Made by a program: the position numbers and the translations under genes. From contig JALSPC010000165.1 in NCBI GenBank assembly GCA_026986155.1, positions 7,870 through 71,869 of the forward strand: a stretch of 64,000 bases of DNA, given 5' to 3'. This stretch comes from a bacterium (lineage in GTDB: Bacteria; Desulfobacterota; S145-22). The notes beneath the pieces are model-generated. The model was given only the letters and a program-made list of their open reading frames with translations. It had not been told where the DNA came from and searched no databases. Shown one piece after another: positions 8,841 to 17,706 of the stretch. Position 1 is the stretch's first letter, and every line of letters starts with the position of its first letter.

Positions 8841-9380
8841 ATGTTGGAAAAAATCAATGAAAAACTTCTCGCGAATTTGAAGCGGGAATTTCCCACGAGT
8901 GATACGGAGTTTCTTGTGACGTTCATTCGCGTGATTCACTTCCAACACGCGGTTCCCAGCCTTTTCGACCAGTATTTCTCACGGATGGGGCTGTCCAAGG
9001 CCCGGTTCATGGTTTTGATTCAGCTGTTTCTCCGCGGGGGCGAGGAAGGGCTGGGGATCTCGGAAATTAACCGCTTCTACGGCGTCAGCGCCGCCACGAT
9101 GACGGGGGTGGTGGATACCCTGGAACGGGAAGGGTATGTAAAACGCTCCCACAGCGCGAAGGACCGGCGTCGCGTCATCCTCAGGCTTACGAAGCACGGC
9201 GAGTTGTTTATGCGACGGTTCATCCCCGTTCACGCCTTGAACCTGAAGAATATGATGCGGTCTTTCTCGCGCGAGGACCTGACGAACCTGATGAATCTGA
9301 ACGCGCGGCTCGTGGAGAGTATCGAGTCGTTTTTGTCATCGGATCGGCTGAAAATTCCCGGGGAGGGGGTTGGGAAATGA
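8841..9380 (+). CDS. MarR family transcriptional regulator
   Basis: 179 aa. Winged-helix region EINRFYGVSAATMTGVVDTLEREGYVKRSHSAKDRRRVILRLT is typical of MarR. Its stop overlaps the start of the downstream efflux outer membrane factor gene. Confidence 0.85.
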   Translation: MLEKINEKLLANLKREFPTSDTEFLVTFIRVIHFQHAVPSLFDQYFSRMGLSKARFMVLIQLFLRGGEEGLGISEINRFYGVSAATMTGVVDTLEREGYVKRSHSAKDRRRVILRLTKHGELFMRRFIPVHALNLKNMMRSFSREDLTNLMNLNARLVESIESFLSSDRLKIPGEGVGK

Positions 9381-10852
9381 AATCGGTTAGTAGCGTGAGA
9401 ACAGGAATTCTTGAGAGGGCCTTGGCGTGGGCCGGCGCTGTGACGGCGTTTGCCCTGTTTTTGCCGTGGTTTTATGGGTGTTCGCTGGCCCCGCCGATGA
9501 AGAAGGTCGAGATTCCCGGCGCTGCACGGACGTCGTTTTCGGGGGACAAAACGGGGCGACCCTTCTCGGATTCCGCGTGGTGGACGCTTTTCGGGGACAC
9601 AAGACTGACCGATCTCATAGCCTACGCCCTGAAACAGTCCCCGGACGCGCGGCACGCCCTCCTCAACGTGGAGGCCTTTCGCCAGCAGATGATCATCGCG
9701 AGGGCCCCCCTCCTGCCGGGGGTTGATTTCAACGGAGACATCGGACGGAGCCGCCAGCCGGTCTATGACCGGAAGGGTAACCGAAAGGGCGAAGAGGTCA
9801 ACAATTTTGGCTTGCTTTTGACGGCCTCCTATGAGGTGGATCTTTGGAAGAGAATCGCCAACTCGGCGGAGATGGCCCGTCTCGCGCTTTTGTCCTCAAG
9901 GGAAAACCTGAACACGGTTTACCAGACCCTGACGGCGAATGTTTCCCGCCTCTACTTCGAGATTTCGGAACTGGAGGCGGAGCTTCCCCTTTGGGGGCAG
10001 CTATTGAAGATAACGAAGCTCCAGGCGGATGACGCGAAGCGCGGCTATTTCAACGGCATCATGGACGGAAACACCTATCTTACCATCCAGCAGCGGGAGG
10101 AGAAGGCGCGCCAAGACCTCTTCGCGAACCGAAGAAAACTTTCTGTCTCGCGGTTTGGGCTGAACACGCTCATGGGGAAGGAACCGGCCGCCCGCCTTGT
10201 CGTTTCCCCGTTTGACATCTTCGAGAAGGGGCTTGCCCCGGTTCCCGCGGGTTTGCCTTCGAAGCTGCTGGAGAGGCGGCCAGACGTTCGTATTGCCGAG
10301 CTTCGTGTCCGCCAGGCCCTGTTGAACATCGGGGTCAAGAAGGCGGCCCTGCTTCCCGCCTTGAGGCTCACCGCCAACGGGGGCTACCGGAGTCCCGAAC
10401 TCTCGGACTTGACCGGCGGGAGCTCCAAGGTCTGGGCGCTCCTGGGCGGGTTGACCCAACCGATTTTTCACCGGGGCGCCAAGAAGGCGGCGGTAAAAAA
10501 GGCGGAAATCGAGGCGCAGATGGCCGTGGAGGCGTATCGCAAGGTGGCCCTGAACGCCTTCAGGGAGGTGGAATCCGCCCTGACTGTCTACGAGGAGTTG
10601 GTCCTGCAGTTGGAGCAGGAAAAGAAGGCGTATAGAAACGAGGCTATCGTCTACCGCAGGGTTCACAACGGCTACCTCTCCGGGACGCGTTCGTTCCAGG
10701 GCTTTTTGTCCGCCAAGATTTCCCTCTTGAGCCGTCGAATCGTCGTCTTTCGCCTCTATCTCCGCCTGCTTCAGAATCGTGTCCAGCTCTACACGGCCCT
10801 GGGGGGCGGGATCGCGAAATTCAAAGAGATTGCGGGAGGTGGTCATGAATAG
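9377..10852 (+). CDS. RND efflux outer membrane factor lipoprotein (NodT / TolC family)
   Basis: 491 aa. Signal peptide with lipobox FYGC. Two outer membrane factor-type repeats. ATGA overlap with marR. Confidence 0.88.
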   Translation: MKSVSSVRTGILERALAWAGAVTAFALFLPWFYGCSLAPPMKKVEIPGAARTSFSGDKTGRPFSDSAWWTLFGDTRLTDLIAYALKQSPDARHALLNVEAFRQQMIIARAPLLPGVDFNGDIGRSRQPVYDRKGNRKGEEVNNFGLLLTASYEVDLWKRIANSAEMARLALLSSRENLNTVYQTLTANVSRLYFEISELEAELPLWGQLLKITKLQADDAKRGYFNGIMDGNTYLTIQQREEKARQDLFANRRKLSVSRFGLNTLMGKEPAARLVVSPFDIFEKGLAPVPAGLPSKLLERRPDVRIAELRVRQALLNIGVKKAALLPALRLTANGGYRSPELSDLTGGSSKVWALLGGLTQPIFHRGAKKAAVKKAEIEAQMAVEAYRKVALNAFREVESALTVYEELVLQLEQEKKAYRNEAIVYRRVHNGYLSGTRSFQGFLSAKISLLSRRIVVFRLYLRLLQNRVQLYTALGGGIAKFKEIAGGGHE

Positions 10853-11972
10853 ATTCATGAAGGTTTTCCTGCCGGTTGTCATTATCGTCACGGCCGTCTT
10901 TTCCGTTTACCTGTTCATCAAGTTCAAGAAGGTCCCGCCGAAAAAGGCGGCGCGCGCGAGGGGGCCCCTGGTAACCGTCGAGGTGGCGCGCAGGGTGAAA
11001 AACCCCATTGTCATTGTTGGATACGGAACGGTAAGACCGGTACACACGCTCAACCTGGTTCCGCAGGTTTCGGGAAAGGTCGTGGCTGTGTCGAAAAACT
11101 TCATCGAGGGCGGCTTCGTAAAACGCGGTGAGGTTCTCGTCCAGCTCGAAAAGACCGACTACGCGATCGCCCTGAAGCGGGCCGAGGCAAATCTCTTGAA
11201 CAGGGACGTGGCATATAAAAAGGCCTTGAAACAGGCCCATATCGCGAAAAAAGAATGGGAAGAGATCCTAAAAAACGTCCTTATGGATAAGAAGGTGGTT
11301 CCGGACGCCCTGACCTTCTATCTCCCACAGCTCAAGGCGGCCAAGGCGGCTTACGACGCGGCGGCGGCGGACCTCCGCCTCGCGAAGTTGAACCTGGAAA
11401 GGACAACATTACGTTCGCCCTACGACGCGCGGGTCTTGAAACGTCTCACCGACCTGGGGCAATTCGTCACACCGGGCAAGGTCATCGGACACCTTTTCAG
11501 CACGGGGGTGGCGGAGATCGAGGTCCCCCTCAGGTCCCGGGATGCGGCATGGCTCACGGTGCCCTCCACGGCGGAGGTGATATCGACCCTCACGGGAAAA
11601 AAGGTCCGGTACCCCGCGATGCTTGTCCGCACGGCGGGCGCTGTCGACCCGGGCTCACGGATGCTCCACGCCATTCTGCGGGTGAAGGCCCCTTACCGGT
11701 TCACTCCCCCCTTGGAAAACGGGGATTTTGTCACGGTCCGAATCCGGGGAAAGACGGGGGAAGGTTTCTGGATCTCCGCCAAGGCGGAGCGCGACGGCAA
11801 GGTCTGGATCGCCCGGGAGGGGAAACTCGTGATCCGAACCGTCAGAGTCCTCTACCGTGAGAAGGAGAAGGTCTTCGTTTCCGGTCTCCGTGAGGGAGAC
11901 CCGGTCATCACCACCTCCCTGTTTGCCGTGACGAACGGGATGCAAATCCGGGTGAGAAAGAGCGCGAAATGA
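10845..11972 (+). CDS. RND efflux membrane fusion (periplasmic adaptor) protein
   Basis: ATG at 10845 overlaps the outer membrane factor stop. N-terminal TM anchor, then a biotinyl-lipoyl-like and beta-barrel adaptor layout. Confidence 0.88.
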   Translation: MNRFMKVFLPVVIIVTAVFSVYLFIKFKKVPPKKAARARGPLVTVEVARRVKNPIVIVGYGTVRPVHTLNLVPQVSGKVVAVSKNFIEGGFVKRGEVLVQLEKTDYAIALKRAEANLLNRDVAYKKALKQAHIAKKEWEEILKNVLMDKKVVPDALTFYLPQLKAAKAAYDAAAADLRLAKLNLERTTLRSPYDARVLKRLTDLGQFVTPGKVIGHLFSTGVAEIEVPLRSRDAAWLTVPSTAEVISTLTGKKVRYPAMLVRTAGAVDPGSRMLHAILRVKAPYRFTPPLENGDFVTVRIRGKTGEGFWISAKAERDGKVWIAREGKLVIRTVRVLYREKEKVFVSGLREGDPVITTSLFAVTNGMQIRVRKSAK

Positions 11973-14900
11973 AACGGGCGATACGATGGATGGTGGAAAA
12001 CCCCGTTTCCGCTAATCTCCTGCTGGTCTTCATTATCGGGTTTGGGATCCTGCAGGCCCTTTCCATCAAGAAAGAGGTTTTTCCCGAGTATTCCCTCGAT
12101 ATGATCTCGGTCACGGTTCCTTATCGCGGTGCCACGCCGACGGACGTGGAGGAAGCCGTCTGTACGCGCATCGAGGAAGAGATCAGCGGCCTGGACGGCA
12201 TCAAGCGAATTACCTCCACGGCACGGGAAGGGCTCGGAACCGTCCTCGTGGAGGTTCAGAAAGGATACGACGCCAAGAAGCTGCGGGACGACGTCAAGAG
12301 CGCCGTGGACCGTATCACGAACTTTCCGAAGGATATCGATCAGCCCGTCGTGACCGAGGTGTCCCGGAAACGGGAGGTCTTGAAGGTGGTTCTCTACGGC
12401 GGCGTGGACGAGAAAGACCTGAAACGTTCGGGGGAACGGCTGCGGGACGATCTATCGTCTTTGAAGGGAATTTCTCTCGTCACCCTCGACGCGGTTCGCC
12501 CCTATGAGGTTTCCATCGAGGTGCCGGAGACAATGCTCGAGAAGTACAACCTTACCATCCCGCGCGTGGCTGCCATCGTGGCCGCCAATTGCCGGGACAT
12601 TCCGGCGGGGAAAATCCGTCAAAAGGGGGAAGAGATCCTGGTCAGGACAAAGGGGCTCAAGTATACCCGAAAGGATTTCATGGGCATCCCCGTCATCCGG
12701 GATCCGGCGGGGGGATATGTGCGCCTGTCGGATATCGCGAATATCGTGGATGGTTTCGAGGAGACCGACGCCGCCACCTATTTTGACGGCCAGCGCGCTG
12801 TCCTGCTGAAGGTTTATCGCATTGGGGAACAGTCGGCCCTGGATATCGAAAGGGCCGTCAAACGCCAATTGCCGCGTTTGACACAGACCCTGCCTGACGG
12901 GATTCACTGGGTGATTACGAACAACAGGGCCCGGATCCTGCGGGACAGGCTTGACCTCCTCGTCCGGAACGGCAAGTACGGGCTCATCCTCGTGGTTCTG
13001 CTCCTCGCCATGTTCCTGGAGCTTCGCCTGGCGCTCTGGGTGGCCATGGGTATCCCCGTGGCCTTCTTTGGATCCTTTATCCTCCTGCCATATTTCGGGG
13101 TCTCGGTCAACATGATTTCCCTTTTTGCCTTCATTATCTGCCTGGGAATCGTGGTGGATGACGCCATTATCATCGGGGAACATATCTTTACCAAGATTCA
13201 GGATGGCGTTCCTCGTAAAGAGGCCGCGGTGGAGGGGGCCTACGAGATGGCGGCGCCCGTCATCCTGACGGTCCTGACTACCATCGCCGCGTTTCTGCCC
13301 CTGCTGTTCGTGTCGGGGATCATGGGGAAATTCATGTTCGCCATTCCGGTAGTGGTCATCTCGGTCCTCTCCATCTCCCTGGTGGAGGCGATATTTATCC
13401 TTCCATCCCACTTGGCTCATCTCAAGGAACGGAAAGACAGCCACATCGTCCGGTTCCTGCCGAAATACTTCGATAGCTGGCTCGAGGCCTTCATCGAAAA
13501 GGTTTATCAACCCGTGCTGAAACTTGCCCTCTCTTGGCGGGTGACCGCGCTGGCGCTGGGCATCCTGATGCTTTGCCTGATGGTGGGATACGTAGCCTCG
13601 GGCCGGATAAAGATTGTCTTTTTCCCCAAGGTGGACGCGGATTTCGTCATCGCCGAGGTGAAGCTTCCAGAGGGGGCCAGCGCGGACCAGACTCTCCACG
13701 CGGTCCGGCGCCTCGCGAAGAGCGCGGACGCGGTCCAGGCCTACTACGAAAAGCGTTACGGTAAATCGATCGTGAAGCATCTCGTGCTGACAGTGGCGTC
13801 CCAGCCTTACGGTTCCCGTCACGAGGTTACCCGAAACGCCGCGCCGAACATCGGGGAGGCGGCCATCGAGCTGGTGGCGGCGAATGACCGGAAGGGCATC
13901 AACAGCAACGAGGTGGCGAACGTGTGGCGGCGGCTGACGGGGGAGGTCCCCGGCGCGGAGAGCGTGACTTACAACGCCAATCTCTTCTCCGGGGGCGCAG
14001 CCATCGATATCCAGCTTTCCTCCGACGACTTCGAACAGTTGAAACAGGCATCCGCGCGTCTGAAGCGGGAACTTGCCAGGTTCAACGGCGTCAAGGATAT
14101 TCACGACAACATCGAAGGGGGAAAACAGGAGATCAACCTGAAACTGACCGACCGGGGAAAGGCCTTGGGCCTGAACCTGATCGATCTGGGGTTGCAGGTC
14201 CGCGGAGCCTTCTACGGAACGGAGGCCGTTCGAATCCAGCGGGGGAAGGACGATGTCCGTATCATGGTTCGGTATCCCACAAACGGAAGGATCTCCCTCC
14301 TGGACCTTGAAAAGATGGAGATTGAAACCGCCAAGGGCGCGCGGATCCCCCTCCCTGAAGCGGCCACCTGGACTATCCGCCCGGGATATTCGGTGATAAC
14401 CCGTTCGAACCGGCGCCGAGTCGTCGATGTCAAGGCGGACGTGGTAAGAAGCATCTCCAACGCGGATGAAATCATCAAGGAACTCCAGGGGAGTTTTCTG
14501 GAGCGCCTCAAGGCTGATTACCCCGGATTGAACTACTCTCTTGAGGGTGAGGAGAAGGAAAGGCGGGATTCCATGCGGAGCATGATGTACGGCTTCATCG
14601 TGGCCTTGTTTCTCATTTTTGTTCTCCTGGCGATTCCCTTCAACTCCTACATTCAGCCTCTCGTCATCATGACGGCTATTCCCTTCGGGATCATCGGGGC
14701 CGTCCTGGGCCATCTCCTCCTGGGATTTAATCTCAGCATCGTGAGTTTTTTCGGTATCGTCGCCCTGGCGGGGGTTTTGGTCAACGATTCCCTCGTTTTG
14801 CTCGATGCCATCAACAAGCGGATGGCATCTGGGGCCCCCAACAAGATAGAGGCCGTGATTGAGGCGTCGAAATCACGTTTCCGGCCCGTCATCCTGACCT

Positions 14901-15079
14901 CCGTGACCACCTTTGGCGGCCTGCTCCCCATGATTACCGAGACCTCCGTGCAGGCGCGCGTCTTGATCCCCATGGCTATTTCCCTGGGGTTTGGCGTCCT
15001 TTTCGCCACGGGTATCACGTTGATTTTGATTCCCGCCCTCTATATGATGATTTCAAAGGACGAACAGGATGCGAGATAA
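11969..15079 (+). CDS. RND multidrug efflux transporter (AcrB/HAE1 family)
   Basis: 1036 aa with 12-TM RND architecture and two large periplasmic loops. ATGA overlap with the membrane fusion protein gene. Confidence 0.93.
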   Translation: MKRAIRWMVENPVSANLLLVFIIGFGILQALSIKKEVFPEYSLDMISVTVPYRGATPTDVEEAVCTRIEEEISGLDGIKRITSTAREGLGTVLVEVQKGYDAKKLRDDVKSAVDRITNFPKDIDQPVVTEVSRKREVLKVVLYGGVDEKDLKRSGERLRDDLSSLKGISLVTLDAVRPYEVSIEVPETMLEKYNLTIPRVAAIVAANCRDIPAGKIRQKGEEILVRTKGLKYTRKDFMGIPVIRDPAGGYVRLSDIANIVDGFEETDAATYFDGQRAVLLKVYRIGEQSALDIERAVKRQLPRLTQTLPDGIHWVITNNRARILRDRLDLLVRNGKYGLILVVLLLAMFLELRLALWVAMGIPVAFFGSFILLPYFGVSVNMISLFAFIICLGIVVDDAIIIGEHIFTKIQDGVPRKEAAVEGAYEMAAPVILTVLTTIAAFLPLLFVSGIMGKFMFAIPVVVISVLSISLVEAIFILPSHLAHLKERKDSHIVRFLPKYFDSWLEAFIEKVYQPVLKLALSWRVTALALGILMLCLMVGYVASGRIKIVFFPKVDADFVIAEVKLPEGASADQTLHAVRRLAKSADAVQAYYEKRYGKSIVKHLVLTVASQPYGSRHEVTRNAAPNIGEAAIELVAANDRKGINSNEVANVWRRLTGEVPGAESVTYNANLFSGGAAIDIQLSSDDFEQLKQASARLKRELARFNGVKDIHDNIEGGKQEINLKLTDRGKALGLNLIDLGLQVRGAFYGTEAVRIQRGKDDVRIMVRYPTNGRISLLDLEKMEIETAKGARIPLPEAATWTIRPGYSVITRSNRRRVVDVKADVVRSISNADEIIKELQGSFLERLKADYPGLNYSLEGEEKERRDSMRSMMYGFIVALFLIFVLLAIPFNSYIQPLVIMTAIPFGIIGAVLGHLLLGFNLSIVSFFGIVALAGVLVNDSLVLLDAINKRMASGAPNKIEAVIEASKSRFRPVILTSVTTFGGLLPMITETSVQARVLIPMAISLGFGVLFATGITLILIPALYMMISKDEQDAR

Positions 15080-15791
15080 GGATACGAGCGAAATCGATCC
15101 CCGGGGACTGGATGAACTCTGCGAGGCGCTGGGATACGCGTTCCGAGATCGTTCCCTCCTCATCCAGGCCCTGACACATAGCTCCTACCGCTACGAGACC
15201 ACGGGAAACATCCACGGAAGCAACGAGGTCTTGGAGTTCCTCGGGGATGCGGTGGTCAACCTGGTCACGGCGGCCATCTTGATAGCGTTGTTCCCGGAAA
15301 AAACGGAGGGGAGCCTTTCCAAGATGCGGGCGGAACTGGTCAACGAACGGTCCCTGGCGGACGTGGCAAAACAGTTCCGCCTGGAGGAAAGGCTCCTGGT
15401 GGGCAGGAGCGCGCGCGTTCAGAAAGAGGGGATTCCCCGCTCACTTCTGGCGGACGCCGTGGAGGCCTTGGTGGGTGCCGTCTTTCAGGACGGGGGATTC
15501 GAGGCCGCCTCCCGCATCGTGTCGGGTTTCATCCGCCCCCTCATAGACCTGGACGCGCTCGAAAAAGGGACGGATTACAAGACCCGACTCCAGGAATTCA
15601 CGCAAAAGACTTACAAGACCCTGCCCGAATATCGCCTGGTAGATACCTTTGGACCGGAGCACCAGAAAACGTTCGTGAGCTCCGTTTACGTCCAGGGGAA
15701 GAAACTGGGAACGGGAGAGGGGAGATCCATCAAGGCCTCCGAGCAGAAGGCGGCAAAGGTGGCCTTCGAGGCTTTAAGCGAAGCGGAATGA
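15069..15791 (+). CDS. rnc: Ribonuclease III
   Basis: RNase III signature ERLEFLGDAV and a C-terminal dsRBD. Start overlaps the RND gene stop by 11 nt. Confidence 0.9.
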   Translation: MRDKDTSEIDPRGLDELCEALGYAFRDRSLLIQALTHSSYRYETTGNIHGSNEVLEFLGDAVVNLVTAAILIALFPEKTEGSLSKMRAELVNERSLADVAKQFRLEERLLVGRSARVQKEGIPRSLLADAVEALVGAVFQDGGFEAASRIVSGFIRPLIDLDALEKGTDYKTRLQEFTQKTYKTLPEYRLVDTFGPEHQKTFVSSVYVQGKKLGTGEGRSIKASEQKAAKVAFEALSEAE

Positions 15792-15824
15792 TTCAAATAA
15801 ATACGAAGTTATATATTAATTTCC

Positions 15825-16844
15825 ATGTCTAACTATTGGATATTCCCAGTATTTATTCCAAATTACGGATGCCCCCAGCGGTGCGCGTTCTGCGACCAAA
15901 GTGCGGTGACGGGGGAATCTACACATTTTCCCGAAACGGCGGACCTGGAGGTGCTTTTTACCAAGGTGTGGTTTTCTGGAAAGCGGGCGAAGGATGCCGC
16001 CCTCGTCCGGCAGATCGCCTTCTACGGGGGGAACTTTACGGGGCTGCCCCGTGATACGCAGCGCCGCTACCTGGACTGGGCGGCAAAAAAGGTTGCGCAA
16101 GGTCTGGTCCATTCCATCCGTTTTTCCACGCGTCCCGACGCCCTGGGGAAAGATGAGATAGCGTTTTTGAAAGGGTATCCTGTTCATACCGTGGAGATCG
16201 GCGTCCAGTCCCTGAGCGACGCCGTGCTCGCGGGTGTAAGGCGGGGCCACACCGCCCTGGAGGCCAGGGAAGCGGTCTATAGGGTTCGGGACGCGGGGTG
16301 GGAAACGGGCGTGCAGTTGATGCCGGGGCTTCCGGGTGAGACCATGAATGGATTCCTCGATGGGGTGAGAAACATCGCCGACTGGAAGGTCCAATACGCG
16401 CGGCTCTACCCGACGGTGGTCTTGGAGGGAACCCGACTGGCCAGGGATTTCGAGGCGGGGACCTACGTGCCTTTAACCCTTAAGGAAGCCGTCACCTGGT
16501 GCGCCGCCGCCTGCCGAATCCTCGAGTCGGCCGGTATCGAGGTTATCCGCCTGGGGCTTCCCGCTTCACCGGGCCTCGAGTCGGCAGTCATGGCCGGTCC
16601 CTACCATCCCGCCTTCGGCTTTTTGGTTCAATCCTTTCGGTTCCATGAGGGAATTTGTGAAATGATTCGCGCCTTGCCCCGAGACGCAAGGAAGCTCCGA
16701 GTTCATCTTTCTTCCTCGGATCTATCGCGTTTCCTGGGACATCGCCGCGCGTCCTGGAAGGCCCTGTGCGAGACCTTCCCGGATAAAGAGATAGACTACG
16801 TGACCGACTGTGCGGTTGGGGAAGTTTCTATTGAAAGGGTTTAA
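15825..16844 (+). CDS. Radical SAM protein (ELP3/YhcC-like family)
   Basis: N-terminal CPQRCAFCDQ, a CxxxCxxC-type cluster motif. 339 aa. No obvious SD sequence. Confidence 0.75.
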   Translation: MSNYWIFPVFIPNYGCPQRCAFCDQSAVTGESTHFPETADLEVLFTKVWFSGKRAKDAALVRQIAFYGGNFTGLPRDTQRRYLDWAAKKVAQGLVHSIRFSTRPDALGKDEIAFLKGYPVHTVEIGVQSLSDAVLAGVRRGHTALEAREAVYRVRDAGWETGVQLMPGLPGETMNGFLDGVRNIADWKVQYARLYPTVVLEGTRLARDFEAGTYVPLTLKEAVTWCAAACRILESAGIEVIRLGLPASPGLESAVMAGPYHPAFGFLVQSFRFHEGICEMIRALPRDARKLRVHLSSSDLSRFLGHRRASWKALCETFPDKEIDYVTDCAVGEVSIERV

Positions 16845-17077
16845 AGACCGGTCGCCGGCCTTTCATCCCTTTTCCAAACGTGATTCCCGGATGAGCCTGG
16901 GTATCCCGGCGATGGGCCTTGAGGTCATTTGCCACGGCATCGATCTTGCGACCGTTTTTTGAGGCCTGCTTGACTGACTGTCCGATAGACACGTGGTTTT
17001 TGCGTGAGGCAAGAGGATGAGGAGGAGAGTCGGAGTGTGTGTTTTACCATGATTGAAGGACCCGGAAGGAATGGGTA

Positions 17078-17578
17078 TCAGGTCCTCTCATTTTTGCCTG
17101 TGACGTTCAGGTAGTGTTCGAGGGCTTTCTGAAGGGTTTCCGCGGCAAGAAATGCGCAGTGCCGGTCGTGGTCCGGCAACCCACCGAGGATATCTAAAAT
17201 GGTTTTCCCCGTGATGTTTGAAAGCTCCTCCAGCGTCTTGCCCCTGGCCAGTTCCGCGGCGTAGGAACCACAGACCATGCTCGAGGCGCAACCATCCGTC
17301 CAGAAGGAGGCTTCCTTGACCTGTCCCTCCTCGAATCTCAAAAAGATTTCCATCGTGTCTCCGCAGGAGCCAGTGACACGGGCGTAACCGTCCGCCAGGG
17401 CCATTCGACCCATGTAGAGTGGCTCCTGCCATCGCTTGAAAACCACTTCCCCATAGGTTTCAAGCGTGCCACGGTTTATTTCAGCCTGCAACTCGGCGAC
17501 GAACTTGTCCAGCGTATCTTCCAAATTCAATCCTTGTTCACAATCCATGTTATTGTCAAATATATTATATTCTATCAT
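17078..17578 (-). CDS. NifU/IscU-like Fe-S cluster assembly scaffold protein
   Basis: Conserved SCGD…, DGCASS and DRHC cysteine motifs of the IscU/NifU N-terminal domain. An alternative start is Met11 (17548). Confidence 0.8.
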   Translation of the reverse strand: MIEYNIFDNNMDCEQGLNLEDTLDKFVAELQAEINRGTLETYGEVVFKRWQEPLYMGRMALADGYARVTGSCGDTMEIFLRFEEGQVKEASFWTDGCASSMVCGSYAAELARGKTLEELSNITGKTILDILGGLPDHDRHCAFLAAETLQKALEHYLNVTGKNERT

Positions 17579-17706
17579 GGAAATTATTTTATGTCACGCG
17601 AGTTACTGGGATTTTATTTTAGGCTTGCCGATTTTTACCGTATGCTTTAGAATTCCCCATTGTTTGGTGCCTCGTGGTCCAGGGGCGAGTGAAGGGGAAC
17701 GAGAAG

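Noticed and set aside
12452-14713. 753-aa ORF on the minus strand entirely inside the RND transporter gene. Similar long antisense ORFs occur at 17728-19065 (inside mfd), 33062-34099 (inside the EF-G gene), 37958-38905 (inside livH), 50377-52314 (inside katG) and 54730-56712 (across the binding-protein and permease genes).
   Set aside because: These are typical stop-codon-poor antisense frames of high-GC DNA. Their translations are Arg/Gly/Pro/His-rich, low-complexity, and lack start context. The sense-strand genes have unambiguous conserved motifs.
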